DNA of 64,000 nucleotides from Strigamia acuminata (Eukaryota): NCBI GenBank assembly GCA_949358305.1, contig OX442314.1, positions 20,212,001 to 20,276,000 of the forward strand, read 5' to 3'. Shown piece by piece: positions 15,144 to 28,195 of this stretch (position 1 is its first letter; each line of letters starts with the position of its first letter). The notes under the pieces were generated by a model. It saw only the letters and a program-made list of their open reading frames with translations, ran no database searches and was not told where the DNA came from. The position numbers and the translations under genes were made by a program.

Positions 15144-15265
15144 AGGCGCATTCATAAAGTCATTTAAACTTGTTTATAAATTTTAAACCAATCTAAATGT
15201 ACAATTTTACATTTACCCTGCTTTAAAAATAATAAACAAGTTTAAATGACTTTATGCATGCGCCT
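15144..15265. mobile_element. Short Harbinger-like MITE (AGGCGCATTCATAAAG family)
   Basis: ~30-bp TIR AGGCGCATTCATAAAGTCATTTAAACTTGTTTA. Relatives with similar ends lie at ~12107-12294 and in intron 2 of the DEG/ENaC copies (e.g. 43728-43930). Confidence 0.7.
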
Positions 15266-18200
15266 ACTTTACTGTTCTGTATTGTCTTTGTGAAAAGTAC
15301 CGTAGAATGCATTTTTTTTCCATAAACTCAATGCAGCTATTGTCTCAGGATGTAAAATTATATTTTGATGCACAAACGCACATCTCACGTACATCCGGCA
15401 CAACTTTATACTTAATAATATTTTTTTTTAAAGTAATTTGAGAAAAACAGGACATGTGTAAATTAGGAATGACAACTGCTACTGCATGTTATTACTATAA
15501 AAAAAAACTTGAAAAGTATACATAAAAAAAGGGTCATGCACAAAATGATGCATTTCACGACTGCTTCGGCCTATAAACATCTCAATTTCATGCATTTGTT
15601 CTTCACCATTCTAAAAAGAGTAGTTTTCAGCGTTTTCAATCCCTTCCCTTAAATCCATCACAAATTATTAATAATTCAACCCACTGACTGATCTAACCTC
15701 TTGAATGACCCAAAAAAATTGGTTTCACTACAATCCAAAGGTGGATTGTTATCTGAGTAGACATTCATCCACACACAGAAAGTTCCTAAAGTGTTGACAT
15801 GTAATAAATAGTCTGACTTGGAAAATGTTGAAACAAAGATTAAGTACAAGTACTACAATAATCTACCTTTTGTGTATGCAAGTGTCAAGGAGATGTAGAA
15901 GCAAACTGATCTCCATTCCACTATCCACTCAACCAGAATGCACCAAAAGGCAAAGATGTTGTGTTATAACTTTTGCTTATGTAAAATCATGGCTGAAATC
16001 TAATTACATAAAATATTTATTTAAGTTAACTGACCTTATTAACATAAACAAAATATTAACTTTCCACATTTCCTGATTAACCCTATTACGATGACAAATT
16101 AATCCACATAAATAATCTTTTTTCATCTTTCCAATCTCGCTGTCATAGATTAATTTATCCATTCTTTACACAACACAACTCGTGTATTACTGCCCAGTAA
16201 ATAATTTAGAAATATTTGATGCAATATTCTGACATAAATATAGGTATTTATAACTTTCCAGCATGACCTATCTTAAAATCGAATCAAAAATTTGATTTTT
16301 TTTTCCTCCACCACTTGAAGTTTGATGTGTTCAGGTCGTGTTGAATTGCTGAATACATAATTCGACCTCAATTTACCGAGCAATCACTCATGACAGCACT
16401 ATTAAAGTGAAAAGGGTGATGAACCAGACGCGCAAGTGCAAAAACAAAACAAAGCATTTAAAATAAAACAATTAAAGGATGTTGCAAATATAATAAAAAC
16501 AACTTTATGATAAGCCATTATTTTTTATTATAGTAATTTCAAACTTAAGAAGCAAAATTGAAAGAGCAAAAAACAAATTACGCATCGGTAGCCATACCAT
16601 AGGTCAGCAACAGATTGATAAGTAAGATACATCGAAAACTAAATTTACCAAAAGGTTGAGTGTGCAAATTGTGTTGTGACCTTTACTGTTCCAATTTTCA
16701 TTTTCCAAAAGTCAAAAATGATTTATCGGTTTAAGACAATAACTCTGTAATTATAGTTCATCCATACAAAACCTATTTTCGAAGCAAAGCCCATACAAAG
16801 CTATCAAATGAGGTGAATCTTTACCCAAACCACAAGCGATAAATTCTGTCTGTGTTGAACCAAAACACATGTCACTCAAGCCAACTAGAACACAACAAAA
16901 TCAACAAAATAATCTTGAAACTTACGCTTCCCTTAGGACTTCGAATGAATGAAAATTTCAGTCTACACATTTCCTCTTATTATTACCAGTTGCACAGATG
17001 AAGATTTAAACCTGTTTCATCTGAATTTCAGAGTAAATTACACACTAAATGGGTAATTTACCAGCGAGTAAATACATTCAGTAGCTGCCAAATAACATCT
17101 AAAGTGCCGCAACTGCAATCTACCACTAACATTATATATATTCCCCAATTTATCAGACATTCCAAGGAAAAAAAACTCCAAAAAAAAAATTAAAAACTCC
17201 TTTTCCGTATGAATAGAGTTCTTTCAAAACATTAAATATTCCAAAAGAAACAAAAACAAAGAAATAAAGAAACCTTTCAAACAAATCAGCCTCGTTTCAC
17301 TTTCAGTTGACAAACATAATTATCTATTTCTGCACCACAATCATATTTCTTCTGCAGATAATCCTAAATTCTGCCTAACACAGATTTACCTAACCGGCTC
17401 ACTAACCCATTTACTCTTTAAGGAAAAGTTAAGAAAACAAATGTCCCACCTGCTGATGAATTCTCCTTCAATCCACTCGGGTCATTTTCAATACTCTTTC
17501 CCAGTCAACTGCAAATAGAACAACAATAAAAACAAATGAATAAGAAAATTAAAACAAAAATCCCACTCCATTTTTCATGGCTTGTTTATTGGACACATGT
17601 AACAATAACAAGTTTTATAATTCAATTCTCTCGCTGACCTGAACTGCCTCTTTGATAAATTACATTAATTATTACTAATAAGATCTTTCAACACGCAAAA
17701 TAAATAATTAAAACTGCTTTATCAATTTGAAAAAAAAAAAAAATAACATTTTTTTTTCTTAAATAAGTGAAATTTTAATAAGTTAAACACGACATTTTCC
17801 CCTTTATTTACAATCTCTAACTGTAGGTGGCCTTGTTTCATTCTTCTACTGGGTCACTGAACTTGTAAGACACACTTAAAATACTAATCAACTTGTACCT
17901 TAATTCAACTAACACATGTCCCTTTATTTTTTTTTAATATATATATTTCATTTTTTTAATTTTTCGCTGAAATTAAATTAAGTCACCAACCTGTTACATA
18001 AATAAGATTGAAAATTTACATTTCTCACACCAAACTCCCTAACAAGCCACTCTGTATGTATACAGTATTCAAAATCAGCGTGCTAAGGACCTTTGTTTGT
18101 GGATTACAGTCCAATTAACTCACGTGACTGCCTCTGGAAGTGGAAACATGTCCTTTGGAACAAGGCAGATAAGAGAATCCTTGAAATCAAACAGATGTCA

Positions 18201-19438
18201 CTCACACTCATCACTTAACGACAACTCAAACTGATAATTTCAGTAAATACACGCACTGAAATTTTGAAATGTGCTTTCAAGAGCTTCACACGAAACCAAC
18301 GAGTCCCTCGCACACATTGATTCTATCAACCAATTTTCAATAACATTAAAATTAATTTTAAAAAAAATTTCAAAAAAAAATAATTATTTTTTGTCACTGC
18401 AGTGATTTTCCAATGTCTAACCGTCAAAAACTTGAGTGGTCGTTATGACAGTACGCCAACTGGTGATGAAATTTAATTTGAAGAAATAAAAGTCCCATTG
18501 TTGTTTAATCAATTATCCTATCAACCCTAAATGTTCCGAATGACGTGATGAAATAAAAAGCCAAATTTGGATCCATTCAAAGTTTCAAGCGCATGGGCCC
18601 CCAAAATCCACACACAGGGTCCCAAAATTCTAATTATAAACTTTTCATTCAAGTATTCAAGTATATTCAAGTAGTCCACGTGCAAAAACGACAATAAAAG
18701 TCCATTTCCTTCACATTATATTCCTTTTATATTAACTAAAGAATTCCCTATTCATCAGGCTAAATGTTTATTTCCTTCTTATTGTGTCCCTCAAAGAGAC
18801 AGAATGGGGAGACAAAAACGAGGAAAATGTAGGGTGTGAATCCGAAAGCACGTGCTATAAAAAGAGTGGGAAAAGGGTGCGGTTTCCATATGTCCAGTCG
18901 AGTACCGCGTAGAAAACACATTTGAGTCGTTCGAAAACGTGCTCAGAATCCAAATGTTCTCTACTACGAGTTTTAGTAAACATTATGCAGGAAAGCCGAC
19001 TTTTCACTGCGTAACACCATAAATAATGACGTCACGCCTTCTAAGAAAAACAAAACCTCTCTCTTAACCAATTACATAACCAGTAAATCAAGAAATTCTT
19101 CATTTATCACGAAAAATATTTGACATAAAACTCTCCTTTAACCAAGGTCAACACGAAAAACCTCGTTCAATCAAGGCCTTAAAGTTGTGTTAACAACACC
19201 CGTATACTAAACACATCATTGTCCCACTTTTTAACGAGGAAATGAAAACCTCCACGCGCAAAAAACGAATTGAATCACACAAATTTGAGAAATCGAGCGA
19301 ATTTGAGCACTTTTTCCACGTTATTTTTAGACGAGGAAAGGGATGTGTGTAACAGGTGGCACATGTTGATGATAAATAAAACGAGGCGATTGTGAATGGT
19401 TATCAACTCGCATCAATTCAATTCAATTAAAATGCATC

Positions 19439-19850
19439 GAGAGAGAGAGAGAGAGAGGGGAAAAAATTGTGATAAATTTGAAGGATGATTAGAATTGCAT
19501 GCAGCTACGGATTGATTGGACGTGTGGCGTGTTAAACGGTTATTTTACGGTCTCTTACCTTCATTTCGCGGATCAGCGATCATGTAGGCTTTGGCTGCGC
19601 GATTAGAGTGGCGATGACGTGCTGGTGCCAAGTTGCTTCGAGCCAAGTGCTACTTCAGTGTTCTGAACTCACGGGATGGGGCCATTAGCATACCTAGAAG
19701 ACTGACATTGAAAAATAGCTCCACATGGTACGGAAAATGGACAGAAATGAGCTATCACCGAGTCACACCGCCGCCTCCTGTTCGTGTTTGTGTGATCACG
19801 TGTCTTCAATTCACTGCGGAACGATGGCGCCATCTACCAGCACTGTTTAG
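19439..19850 (-). promoter_or_regulatory. Candidate first non-coding exon / promoter region of Sema5
   Basis: Locally GC/CpG-richer segment ending in a strong minus-strand donor (GAAG|GTAAGA at 19559/19558), followed by a (GA)n tract at 19439-19457. No protein-coding gene lies between here and the Sema5 ATG. The link to Sema5 is inferred. Confidence 0.35.
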
Positions 19851-20957
19851 AGATGAGACGAAAGATGTTTTCTTTTTTTACGACATTGTAAATTTATTTG
19901 GAAATAAAAATAAATTGTGGTTTGTTTCTCGTAATTTGTTCCTGAAAGGTCACGACAAGAAGAAACCAGATCAGAGACAAAACACAAACACATTCTACGT
20001 AGAAATATGAGTGGCTTAAGTATTGTTTTGCGCATGCGCATCGCCGTTAATCCATACGCGGCAAAAATGGAAATTATGGGGAGTGCCAGAAAGTGTAAAT
20101 TTTCATTCATATTTCTATTTCAGAATCTTGTGAGATTTTTGTGGAAACTTTCAGTTGATTGTATTTTGCTTTTCTTTAAAAAAAAAAAAAGAAAAACGAT
20201 TTCCCATTGAAATTTAACGACATCAGTCATGGCCCGATCTATTGACCCTGTAAAATGTGAAAAATTGTCTCGCCTTGACCACAGTATTCAAAAAACAAAC
20301 TGGGCAATGCCTCGACAAATGCTGATGTCATTAAATTTCAATTATTCTTTCTGCCTCCTTGTGGTTAAATTTAAAACCAGCTGTACTGCAGGGAAGTATT
20401 TTTTTAGTCCACGCGTGTACTAAATAAATCATGCTCTACAATTTAACAATTGACACTTTTCACCTAGATTTATTAAGAAGTTGAAACTTAAAAAAACAAT
20501 GTTGAAATAATCTTACATTTACAAAACATGTCTCAATGGATTTGTCACATCCCATTTCCTATGAACCAATCATCAAATGAAAGACATCTGTAATAACATT
20601 TACTGAAGAAAAGACTTTTTTTCATTCTGCATACATACAGTACATACTGTACAGTACTAGCGCTTGTCAAAGTGGTGGTCCGCGAGCAAGAGGCTGCCGG
20701 TCCGCTATTTTACCATTGGAACGCAAAGATTATAAAGGCTTACTTGTTAGTAGGGCAATGTTAGATTACCGATCGATAACACATTGGAACAAAATATGAT
20801 ACCAATTTGTAACACATTGGGACAAAAACTAGCGGTCCGCTACAGTACACAGATTCAGAAGCGCTGATCTATTCAGCTGAATCATCTCCAAAACCAATAA
20901 ATTTCAAATTAATTTGCAACAGTTTCTATTTAATTGATCAAGTTACAATACAGGGGT

Positions 20958-21747
20958 TTACCCATGGAGCAGTATAAATGAAGTTGCTTCATCTTTATTA
21001 GGATCTGCAGCTTTCACGACAGGTTCAATATTGTATACCATCTTCCGCTCAAGCAACTTCGCTGTTGACTGCTTGTCAGGAACTGGAGCAGGTAATTGTT
21101 CTGGTGCTGGACTGTCCACCGCATAACTTTGTATTTTTCTTTTGATTGAATCCTGTAGTCGAACCAGATCCATGACTTGCGGCTCATCGTCAGTGTCTTG
21201 TGTTCTGGATAAAACCGGCATTCTGGATCGTTTCTTCTTCCTTCCTCTCTTTGCATAAGCACTCTGCAGTCGAGTTAAGTCAAAGTCTGAAAGTTCATCA
21301 TCAAAGTCCTCGTTAATCATTACAAATCGCTTGGGTTGTTTTTTATCAATTTCACTCTGAAGTAAGCCCAATAACTCCATTTTTGACAAAATGGCGTCAT
21401 CCAAACTTTCATCCGACAAATTTATACCATTCCTCAAAGCGTGACTCGACTTTCTCCCCACATGTGCCATATCTGACAACTCATCGTAATAATCACCATC
21501 GTCTTCCTCTTCGTCACCATGTACTATTAAAAAATCGTCTTTTGTTGAATGAGGTATGAAAACCCAAACACCATTGCTAGCTTTAAAACTATAGGCTAAT
21601 GGGTCCTAAAACGTAAAAAGCATCAAGCTTGTATATTAGTCACTATTACATCTACTGAAATACCTTATGCCTAGCTGGATAACAATCGGACAAATAAAAC
21701 AAGGTAAAAGTAATGACAACATTGAAGATAACACTGGTATAATACAT
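20958..21747 (-). CDS. Secreted 243-aa prohormone/neuropeptide-precursor-like protein (exons 21747-21664, 21605-20958)
   Basis: MYYTSVIFNVVITFTLFYLSDCYPARHK|DPLAYSFKASNGVWVFIPHSTKDDFLIVHGDEEEDD... Signal peptide, phase-0 GT-AG intron, acidic spacers, several KR/RK/KK sites, C-terminal Gly. Confidence 0.75.
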
Positions 21748-21956
21748 AATTTCAACTTGCTGAAATATGTAGAATGTAATTAAGAACAATATGCTTTAAT
21801 AGCCAATAGTTTTCTACAGGATATAACTTTTATTGCCTGTGAGGTGTAAAATAACTTATGAATACATAAAAACATTACGCTATGAATTTATTTTGACAGC
21901 TTTTTATTTCCATATTAATTCATAATAATACATAGGTAGTTAACATATTATTGTTA

Positions 21957-22214
21957 TTATTGTGCCGATTTTCCTCCAGAACTTATTAGTAACTTTGGAG
22001 GATCAGTGGATACAAATTGAACTTTGCCGCTTTTGCCTTCATCGATTGATCTTTTATGATGTTTCTTTCCACCTTTCTTCTTCTTTCCCGCATTTCTTGC
22101 ATGAATTCCTTTATTTTTCCCTCCGCCCTTTTTCTTCTTACACGAAACTTCTTCTATTATTATCATCACAACCATTAACAACCAAAACATAGTTGCTAAA
22201 GATGAACGTTTCAT
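21957..22214 (-). CDS. Secreted Lys/Gly-rich cationic peptide precursor (85 aa)
   Basis: Hydrophobic signal ending VSC, then KKKKGGGKNKGIHARNAGKKKKGGKKHHKR. Upstream non-coding exon with donor at ~22294, TCAGTT initiator at ~22360-22365 and AATAAA at ~21905 (all minus strand). Confidence 0.75.
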   Translation of the reverse strand: MKRSSLATMFWLLMVVMIIIEEVSCKKKKGGGKNKGIHARNAGKKKKGGKKHHKRSIDEGKSGKVQFVSTDPPKLLISSGGKSAQ

Positions 22215-23303
22215 TTTCTAAACTGACTGTATTAATATATAAACATAAAGTTAATCAAATAAAAAAAAAACAAAATAAGTAAAGAATTCTTTACCTTCAA
22301 AGACCAAGAGAGTGCAAGAAAGATGTATACACGTTACTGCTTGTTCGGTATAAAGTATGAACTGAATTTAGATATGGTAATTCAATAGACCCTAGACCAT
22401 ATGAAAGCGGATATAACGTATCATTAAAATCACATTACTCTCAATAAATAAAAGGATATGAAATTCGGTAAAAATTACCTTTTTTTAACAACATCATACG
22501 AGTACTATTTTGAATTTTATTTGTAAGTTGAAACATAATAATAATAATAATAATAATAATAATATTAATATAGCAAGTTTGAATATCCCATTCAAGAAAT
22601 GCTTTGTTTGGAACAAAATAGAGATCAAATTTTAGCTAAGTACAGCAATAAAACCCCAAACCAGCGATGAAGAGATATAATTGGAATAAACATGTGATAT
22701 TCATACATTGTCGCAGCCTTTTTGGGGCCCTCATTGAAAAATAAAAATCCAAAAAAATGATTTTAGATATTTCTTATGGAAAACAATTTTTTTTTTGAAA
22801 ATTGGGGCCCCGGCAGCCAGATAGGGTGCTTCTCCTGCAAGAACCTATAAATCAACACATTGTGAGGTGAAACTGGGAGTTGTGAAAACCCAATGGAGTA
22901 AAATGGTGCAAAATGGCAGAATTAGACCTTTTTCTTTCTGTTCTAGTTTCCACATCTGTTCAGGCCACTTTAAATGCATTTAACCTTAAATTTATTGTAT
23001 ATTTTATGATAATTTGAATTTGTAATTTGTAATTAATTTATTTTAGGTATATTTTAATGAGTACTAAACAGTCTTTCTGAAATTGACTTCTCCTTAATTG
23101 GTCGTAAAAAATCACATGATCAGTTATGTGTATCCTTGAGCTTGATATACTGTATATACATGCCCAACCAACCAATGGGAGTTTGTCTCAGGTTTTTTGA
23201 AGCATAATATCGATACATTATCATGAATTTCCTACATTAAAAAAAATCTACTTTGTTTTCGATAAACGGCACTGAATATCAATACATCTCTGTAACTAGT
23301 AGG

Positions 23304-24494
23304 CAGTGTTGGGCACGGTACAGTACCGGTACCGGCGGTACAGTACCGCCGGTACCGGTACTGTACCGGAGGCCAGTACCGCGGTACTTTTTTAAGATGC
23401 AGCGGGTACCGGTACCGGTACCGCGGTACTTTCTGTGAAAAGAGCAAGTACCGGGTACCGGTACCGCGGTACATTTGGCGCCATGCAGTACCGGTACCGT
23501 GAATTTGCGGTACATCTCGCGGTACTCGAGAAAACGCGAGAAAACACGAGATTCTCGTGTTTTCTCCCGTTTTCCACGATAATAAAGTTAAAAAGTGTAT
23601 GTTTTGTTGTGGAAAACCAATTTCTCATTATAAAAAACCTATCTATACTATACATATATATCTTCCGCTTCTTTTTATTATTAAACAATATCAATCGTCT
23701 GCATGGCTACAATTGGAGCGAGACTTAGGCCTATCAATACACAGGGACTCCTTCGATTGCTTTTTTTTTAAGTTTTAATTTTAATACACACGGCATACGA
23801 GATTAACAAGTGCCGTAAAACTGTAGTAGTTTAGCAGCGCGCCCCCGACGATACACAAGAGACGGAATTTTAAAGTTTGAAGTAATAAAACCAATTGAAA
23901 CTTACTTTATACACTCTTAATCGGTTTTTATTACTTTAAAAGTTGAATTTCCGTCTCATGTCACATGTGACGATTCGATTGTGTTTCGTCAAGAGCACGG
24001 GCGAAGAATTAGAAAAATATTAAAATTAAAACTTTAAAAAAAAGCAATCGAAGGAGTCCCTGTGTATTGATAGGCCTAAGTCTCGCTCCAATTGTAGCCA
24101 TGGAGACGATTGTTATTGTTTAATAATAAAAAGAAGCAAAACATATATATGTGTAGATAGGTTTTTTTTAATGAGAAATGCAAAACAATGTAAACAAAAC
24201 AATAAACATACACTTTTTAACTTTATTATTGTGGAAAACGGGAGAAAACACGAGAATCTCGTGTTTTCTCGCGTTTTCTCGAGTACCGCGAGATGTACCG
24301 CAAAATCCCGGTACCGGTACTGTACCGGGACCGCGGTACTTTTTTAGGACGCAGCAAGTACCGCGTACCGGTACCGCGGTACTTTTGGTGGAAATAGCAA
24401 GTACCGGGTACCGGTACCGCGGTACATTTCTCCGTTGGCGCAGGTACCGGTACCGGTACCGCGGTACGTGTTGAAAGTACCGTGCCCAACACTG
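23304..24494. mobile_element. hAT-type non-autonomous element with long inverted arms
   Basis: TIR CAGTGTTGGGCACGGTAC; 8-bp TSD CTAGTAGG; GGTACC/GTACCG-rich subterminal repeats; arms inverted over ~480 bp. Confidence 0.93.
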
Positions 24495-25275
24495 CTAGTA
24501 GGCTTCGTCTGCATTCTGCAAGTACGGTTTGTGCTGTCACGACACCCCATAGGCTGGTGATTCTGCCTTGCCGCAAATGTGCATCGTATCTAATTCAAGT
24601 TGCTTGCTCTACTTGCGTGTTCACTTAATTAATCCAAACGTTCAATTTCTACCTAAACATCAGTGACTGATATAAAAATAAACCCATTATATTTTATACA
24701 ATTACACGAAGTTTGAACCGCCTGACAAGCTTATTCGGTCTTAACTCCATATAAATGTAGCTACTCGCAGAAGATTACACGTTTTAAATTATCCCTTATC
24801 ACACGGAAACTACTACTTGTATTTCGCAAAAATCGAAACAAATTACAGAGTAATAAAAAGAAGTATCTCACATAAACATGCAACAACTTCATTTCTATTT
24901 CATTTGAGGTTAGCAACCAGTTGAATCAAAAGACTTTTGCAATAACTAAGTATTTTTTACATTTTCTGCTCCTTTTCATTCACAATCGACAAGGTTTCTT
25001 AACAAACTGCAAAAAAAATGGAAACGTTTCAGAGGTGGATCTACGGTCTGAATGGACGAGGGGGGGACCTTTTCGCAGCCATTTCGGGGTCCTATTTAAA
25101 AAAAAAATGTACAAATAAAATTTTTAAACATTATTTTTAAAATAATTTATTTTTATTTTTGGAATTTTGGGGTCCCCGCTTCTGCGAGAACTGCGAGATC
25201 TTATAAATCCGCTCCTGAAAAGTTCTATTTTAAATTGTTCTAAATGTTTTTTCAACATACCGTATTTTCTCGAGT
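24495..25275 (+). repeat. Local duplication, copy A (copy B = ~28148-29425, interrupted by a MITE)
   Basis: Near-identical colinear sequence from TAGTAGGCTTC...TGCAAGTACGGTTTGTGCTGTCACGACACCCC to ...TTCTCGAGT. Confidence 0.9.
25030..25217. mobile_element. hAT-like MITE (CAGAGGYGGATYTA family); also at ~29192-29379 and inverted at ~2762-2944
   Basis: TIR CAGAGGTGGATCTA / TAAATCCGCTCCTG; degenerate 8-bp flanks AAACGTTT / AAAAGTTC. Confidence 0.7.
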
Positions 25276-26554
25276 AAGAGCCGTGGCTTTTGGCCAATAA
25301 GTAAGGGTTTTTATCTATCTTAATCAGGGTCGTTATCCAATTCGACATCGTCACTTTTATCTCGACGCACAATCAATTTTACAAAGAAATGATAAAATAT
25401 TTATTTGTGTTTGTATCAGTACTTTCTTTCGCAGTAAACAAACCGGACAGAACATCAATATTTCACGTGTCTGTTCTGGTGAGGTATGTTCTTCGACTTT
25501 TATACCTCGCTCTCTAAATTTTCACATTCATAACTTTCCATCTTATTACCTACTCGTATATAGTTTAACGTCCGCTATCAAATTTGAGAAGAATTTACGT
25601 TACCAGTAGCACGGTGTAAATATCAGTGATGATCGGTCAAATCTGGAACTCTGTCCAAATCAGCAATGCACAAAGACCAACGATGTAATAGTAACGCAAA
25701 ATTAGCTGCCGATTGAATAACGACATAACATAATAGCTGTTAAGTAAAATACCGGGTGGCCCACATAAAACACAAGGTTGATCCAGTTATTAGGTTTGGC
25801 TACTTGGCCAAAATGACGTCACTTCATTAAAACGAAGGGGCAAAGCTATTGCTGCTCTGATGTCAGTGGACGCCCATTCAAAGTGTAAAAATGCCATAGT
25901 GTGCTAACACAAAATCATAAAGCAAGAATATATGTATATTGGCCTTTTTCATTAAAGGTTGTTACATATGGATTGTTTCATATTGATTGTTGCAAATTGA
26001 TCTATGAATCACTTGTTTTTGGCTCTTAAGTCTAATTGTTGTGAGTACACACACACAAATGATGCATAAATATCTTTAAAATTTTGTAATCATTTCACGT
26101 GTTTGTTTTAATGGATCAGAGATCACTGAAATCACTGGTCTTCAGCCAAAAATCATAAAATCAATAAAAAACAAATTTATAAAAAAAAACTTTAAAAAAA
26201 TAAATTAATGAGTTAATTAATCTGATTAAACAAAACTAATTTTTTTTAGCCCAACAAACAATGTTGAGGAAGGATGAATAGACAGAACTAGTGTTTTGTG
26301 ATGAAAAAAGGTTTACCTACAAGTATACTCTTGTTTAACTCAAAACAGGCCCCTTCTCCCATTGCCGAGCCATTTCACTTGTGTAGTGATCCAAAAATAT
26401 AAACCCAAACACCAGAATTGCATTACAATGTACAGACATTGTAATCGATTGCCTAGGTAACGGCCAAAATTTCAAAATTCTGTGCTTTCCAGACAAAATA
26501 ACCGATAAACAAAACAAACATGAGTTTTGCATTTACTCTGTATATGTGCATAGA

Positions 26555-27110
26555 CAGTGTTGTATCTAGTTCATCAAATCGCGAACTAGTTCAAGTTCGC
26601 GTTCATCACCATGTGAACTAGTTCACATTTGCGTTCAAGTTCGCGTTCATCACCATGTGAACGAGTTCACATTTGCGTTCAGTTCACTTTTTTGCAAAGT
26701 GAACTAAGTTCTAGTTCGCGAACTTGAACAAATAGTTCAGTTCACTTTTCAAATTTTTTTTAAAAAAATTGAAACATTTTTTTTATGTTTTGTGGTTTGC
26801 AGATGGAAAAAAACACTTTTATTTCGTAAAGCAGTCGTTTTCATTGCTTTTAATGGCGAATACGGCTAATTTCGCCGTTTTTGTTGTAAAAAGTGATCAA
26901 ATTGAATGTTTTGATGATGAAAACGTCATCAAAATGTTTAAAACCAATGCAAAGTTACGTTTTTGCGATGTTTTCATCATCAACCATGGTGAACGCGAAC
27001 TTCGTTCTAGTTCATTGTTAAAAGTAAACTAAGTTCGTTTTTTCCGTTCACTTGTAAAACAAACTTAGTTCGTGAACGCGAACTATTAGTTCGCGTTCGA
27101 TACAACACTG
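26555..27110 (+). mobile_element. hAT MITE, copy 1
   Basis: TIR CAGTGTTGTATC; 8-bp TSD TGCATAGA; AGTTC/GAACT-rich subterminal repeats. Confidence 0.92.
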
Positions 27111-28195
27111 TGCATAGAACTTTATTTCATAAAAGGATGTGACGATGACGCTCTCCTGCTCAAAATAAGGGAAATTTATTTGGCCTAATAAGCAAGTCCA
27201 TCTTCCAATACCTGAGAGATGGGCTTAACAAACCTAAGAAGTGAACTGTGTAAAGTGAGGATAAAATAAAGAGACATTCAATTATCAAAACATGGACATT
27301 TATTAATTTGAAATATAATTACCGTGAAGTAATTATATTGATCAATATAAAATAAAAGTTATACGGAGTACAAAATTAAGACCGACAATTGGTCAAATTA
27401 AGGTGATCATTTAAACTATCTATACATACAGTAGCCTAGAGGGCGCTATAATAGTAACAAAACAATTTGCTGTTCCTCGGTCCAGTGAAGCATGCAGCTT
27501 GCTTTTAACTGGAAAAAGAGATGTCATCTCAATCAGTTGATTATCGTCTGTCCTTGGCATTCATCCGATTTTGGGGCAATTATTTGGTCCTGGTTTGAAT
27601 CTGTAATGAAGGGGTTAATTATCCGAGAGGTGCGGTTGACTTTTATTTGCATCGCCACAACTTGTTAGGTTATTGGTTTAAATGGCTGGTGAGAGCCATT
27701 TACCAATAGACCTCTTATAAATATGATGTGATATTTATAACAGGTGTGTTCGTCAATTTGGTGTTATATACGAGTAGACTGTTGTGAGTTTATTGCGTAT
27801 AACTTCTGGTTCCGGTTCGTGTAATTGATATATTTATTCGTACATTACTTAATTCAGTTATGTCACGAATGGTGTTTCATAGCTGACTCGAGTTCTGGAA
27901 GAAATATCCGCATTCATGCATAAGTTTGAGTTATATCATTCATGAATAAGTGAAAACAGCGTGATTGTCACAAGGAAGTAACATTTCTTTATAAAATAAT
28001 CAAAATTATATCAACTTAAATGGTAATAGCAATCACAAAACAAAGTAAAAATAATAACTACTTCTCCTAGTCGTAGTAATATAGACTGGAGTTAGGAGTG
28101 GCTCGGCCAATGGGAGAAGGTGTCCCTTTTGAGTCGAACAAGAGTAATAGTAGGCTTCTTCTGCAAGCATAATTGCATTCTGCAAGTACGGTTTG

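Noticed and set aside
23232..24576. RYR/GTGT/VPVP-rich ORFs on both strands
   Set aside because: Artefacts of GGTACC palindromic repeats in the hAT element.
27480..27900. Possible small minus-strand gene (HHIYKRSIG resembling HHKRSID of the cationic peptide)
   Set aside because: All frames are interrupted by stops and there is no signal peptide or exon structure; similarity is too short to trust.
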